Assembly: GCA_034530875.2 (NCBI GenBank)
Contig: JAVRCJ020000026.1
Span: 42,672-106,671, forward strand
Direction: 5' to 3'
DNA length: 64,000 nucleotides
DNA from: Nostoc sp. DedSLP01
Lineage (GTDB): Bacteria; Cyanobacteriota; Cyanobacteriia; Cyanobacteriales; Nostocaceae
Shown here: in pieces, positions 61,868 through 64,000 of the stretch
How positions within the stretch are numbered: position 1 is the stretch's first letter
Layout: every line of letters begins with the position of its first letter
Made by a program: the position numbers and the translations under genes
The notes under the pieces: generated by a model
The model's database searches: none
What the model saw: only the letters and a program-made list of their open reading frames with translations
What the model was told of the DNA's origin: nothing

Positions 61868-62365
61868 ATGACAACTACATTTGCCTCTCGTGTCAAACCA
61901 AGAGCTGAAGATAGTTTTCTCATTAGCTTTGCACCATTGTCTTTGGAAGAGATTTATAACAAGTCTGACGATCCAGCTAACGGTGCCATAGTTTTGATGA
62001 GTGGAATGGTTCGGAATCAAACCGATGGTAAGCCTGTGGTTGCTCTTGAGTATCAAGCTTACGAACCGATGGCATTGCAGATATTTTATCAAATTGCTGC
62101 TGATATTCGTTTATCTATATCTAATGTGAATCGAGTAGCAATTCATCATCGCATCGGACGTTTGCGAGTTGGGGAAATCAGCGTTTTAGTGGCAGTAGGT
62201 TGTCCTCATCGCAGCGAAGCGTTTGAAGCTTGTCGCTATGCTATTGATACCCTCAAACACAATGCACCTATATGGAAAAAAGAGTGGTATAGCGAGCCAG
62301 ATGGTAAACTATCTGGTAGTTGGGTAAGTATTGGTGCTTGTGAACAGTCAGGAGAAAATTGTTAA
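61868..62365 (+). CDS. moaE: Molybdopterin synthase catalytic subunit
   Basis: GAIV...G.VR, LEYQAYEPMA, HRIGRL.VGE, PHR.EAF.AC...ID.LK..APIWKKE. Confidence 0.95.
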   Translation: MTTTFASRVKPRAEDSFLISFAPLSLEEIYNKSDDPANGAIVLMSGMVRNQTDGKPVVALEYQAYEPMALQIFYQIAADIRLSISNVNRVAIHHRIGRLRVGEISVLVAVGCPHRSEAFEACRYAIDTLKHNAPIWKKEWYSEPDGKLSGSWVSIGACEQSGENC

Positions 62366-63740
62366 AATTCCCCAAGTGGTTGCCTATGCTCGTGTTTCGT
62401 CTAGAGAACAGGCAGAAAATTCAGCAGCGTTAGCTCAGCAGATAGCTCGTCTGAAGGCAGCAGGAGCAGAACTTGTATTAGCTGACACTGAATCTGGGCG
62501 TGAGGGCAAAGAAGACCAACGTTCTAATTTTCAGCAACTTATGCAGTGGGTTCGAGGTGGCTTAGTTAAGCGAGTTATTATTACCCGTCTTGATAGGTTG
62601 TCTCGTTCGCTGCCTACACTGCGTAAAGTTTTGACTGAGTTTCAGGAATCAGAATGTGTGCTAGTAGCATTGGATGACAATATCGATCTGTCTACTGCTG
62701 CTGGAAAGTTCCATGTCAATATGCTAGGCGCTCTTGCGGAAATGGAAAGCGATCGCCTTTCCGAGCGTATTCGACGAGGTAAAGAGCATTTCCGAAATGA
62801 GAAACGTGCCTCACATGCACCATTTGGGTACATAGTCAAGGACTATCGATTCTACCCCAATCGTGAACCATTTTTATGTTTGCTAGCTGATAAGAATGAG
62901 TATTCTAAAGCGGATATGGCAAGGGATTTGATTGAACACTACATTACAGAAAAATCTTTGAATGAGGGATGTCGATACTTTCAACATCGCTATGGTTACT
63001 CAGAGTTTTGGCAAACCGCATTAAAACAATGGCTTACCAGTCCTGTTCTGCAAGGTGATTTGGTATACTATCCTAAGTCGAAGAATCCAGAGATTCATCC
63101 GAATACCCATGAAGCTCTAATCAGTCGAGAAGAAGCGCAAATAATTAAAGATATTTTAGAGTTTAACCGAAGAGTAAAAGGTTTCGGGCATCGTAGAGGA
63201 GTTTATCCCCTAACTGGATTAGTGAAATGTGAGTGTGGTGGCCGCTGCGTAGTAGCTAGTGGTTCAAAAGGAGTAATTAAATATTTCGTCTGTGCGAGGA
63301 AACGCATAGGCCGATGTGAGCGTAAACATAGCGTGAAAATAGCAGACCTAGAAAATGCGGTAATAGAGGCTTTAACAACTAGAGCGGATGAAATTGCTGA
63401 GTTTGCAGATGTAGGTGTTGTAGAAGAATCAGCAGAATTACAGGATTTACGAAGACAGTTAGCAGGATTAGAAACCTTAACTAATAATAGCCGAAACGTG
63501 AACCCTGCCATTTCTGAAGCTATCCGGAAATTACGAAATCAAATTGAGCAATTACAACAACAAACCCAAAATAAAGACCAGATTAATGTCAATAACCGAG
63601 AATTACTTAGGCTAGTCGCTTCAGACCATGATTTTTGGGTTGAACAGGACACAGTTCAGAAACAAAAGTTTTTTCGGGCATTGATTGACCATGTTCTAGT
63701 GTCAAATGGGGTAATTCTTCAGGTTGTATTGAAGGTGTGA
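62331..63740 (+). CDS. Large serine recombinase (XisF-like architecture)
   Basis: Catalytic YARVSS, ESG, RLDRLSR, AEMES..LSERI, PFGY, H.ALIS and a Zn ribbon (LTGLVKCECG...C...C) with coiled coil. Start uncertain (TTG 62331 or GTG 62376). Confidence 0.92.
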   Translation: MVLVNSQEKIVKIPQVVAYARVSSREQAENSAALAQQIARLKAAGAELVLADTESGREGKEDQRSNFQQLMQWVRGGLVKRVIITRLDRLSRSLPTLRKVLTEFQESECVLVALDDNIDLSTAAGKFHVNMLGALAEMESDRLSERIRRGKEHFRNEKRASHAPFGYIVKDYRFYPNREPFLCLLADKNEYSKADMARDLIEHYITEKSLNEGCRYFQHRYGYSEFWQTALKQWLTSPVLQGDLVYYPKSKNPEIHPNTHEALISREEAQIIKDILEFNRRVKGFGHRRGVYPLTGLVKCECGGRCVVASGSKGVIKYFVCARKRIGRCERKHSVKIADLENAVIEALTTRADEIAEFADVGVVEESAELQDLRRQLAGLETLTNNSRNVNPAISEAIRKLRNQIEQLQQQTQNKDQINVNNRELLRLVASDHDFWVEQDTVQKQKFFRALIDHVLVSNGVILQVVLKV

Positions 63741-63923
63741 GTCCCTTTCTCTGAGCATAATCCAGCATAGGTTTTCTCAATTATCTAGGCCAGAAACCGT
63801 CATCTTCCTTCAAGTTACCCATCTGCTTTTGTAAAACACAGAGTTGAATTGTTCCTACCACACTTACAGATGTGCGAGATACAGACACTCTAGGGCCAGT
63901 TTTGCGGTTAATTTTGATAGCTT

Positions 63924-64000
63924 TAGGACTTACGCATTGACAAATTAGACAAATAATGTATTGAGAAAAGCTAAAAAAAACAGGCCATCGCTAATCACTC
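63924..64000. mobile_element. Possible terminus of an IS/MITE running off the window
   Basis: TAGGACTTACGCATTGACAA resembles a common cyanobacterial terminal inverted repeat as I recall it; the partner end is not in the window. Confidence 0.35.

Noticed and set aside
62331..63740. Naming the gene xisF / fdxN element
   Set aside because: No fdxN or nif context and no xisH/xisI visible; only family-level similarity is supported.
1..64000. HIP1 (GCGATCGC) and STRR abundance as a novelty
   Set aside because: Well-known genome-wide features of Nostocales; used only for taxonomic inference.

Overview
Chromosomal window of a heterocystous cyanobacterium (Nostocales), judged from dense HIP1 sites (GCGATCGC), heptameric STRR repeats and small dispersed hairpin repeats. 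Housekeeping genes (trpD, hisIE, hemL, cobO, moaE, RNase D-like, a group 2 sigma factor, an HLIP) are mixed with many signalling genes: four histidine kinases, three stand-alone response regulators and a Ser/Thr-AAA-GAF-His kinase. The best candidate for a poorly described system is a co-oriented three-gene module at 2331-9152: a dynamin-like GTPase, a greatly expanded atypical Hsp70 and a protein with a GrpE-like C-terminus. Other notable items are a likely lysine/2-oxoadipate catabolic cluster, a large serine recombinase overlapping the 3' end of moaE (probably the left edge of an integrated element), in-frame micro-insertions in kinase genes, an 11 x 21-bp tandem array, a phased DnaA-box cluster, an IS5-type MITE and two pseudogenes (NACHT and Rpn). 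I recognised no rRNA, tRNA or CRISPR array. All product calls come from motifs recognised by eye; no database searches were run.
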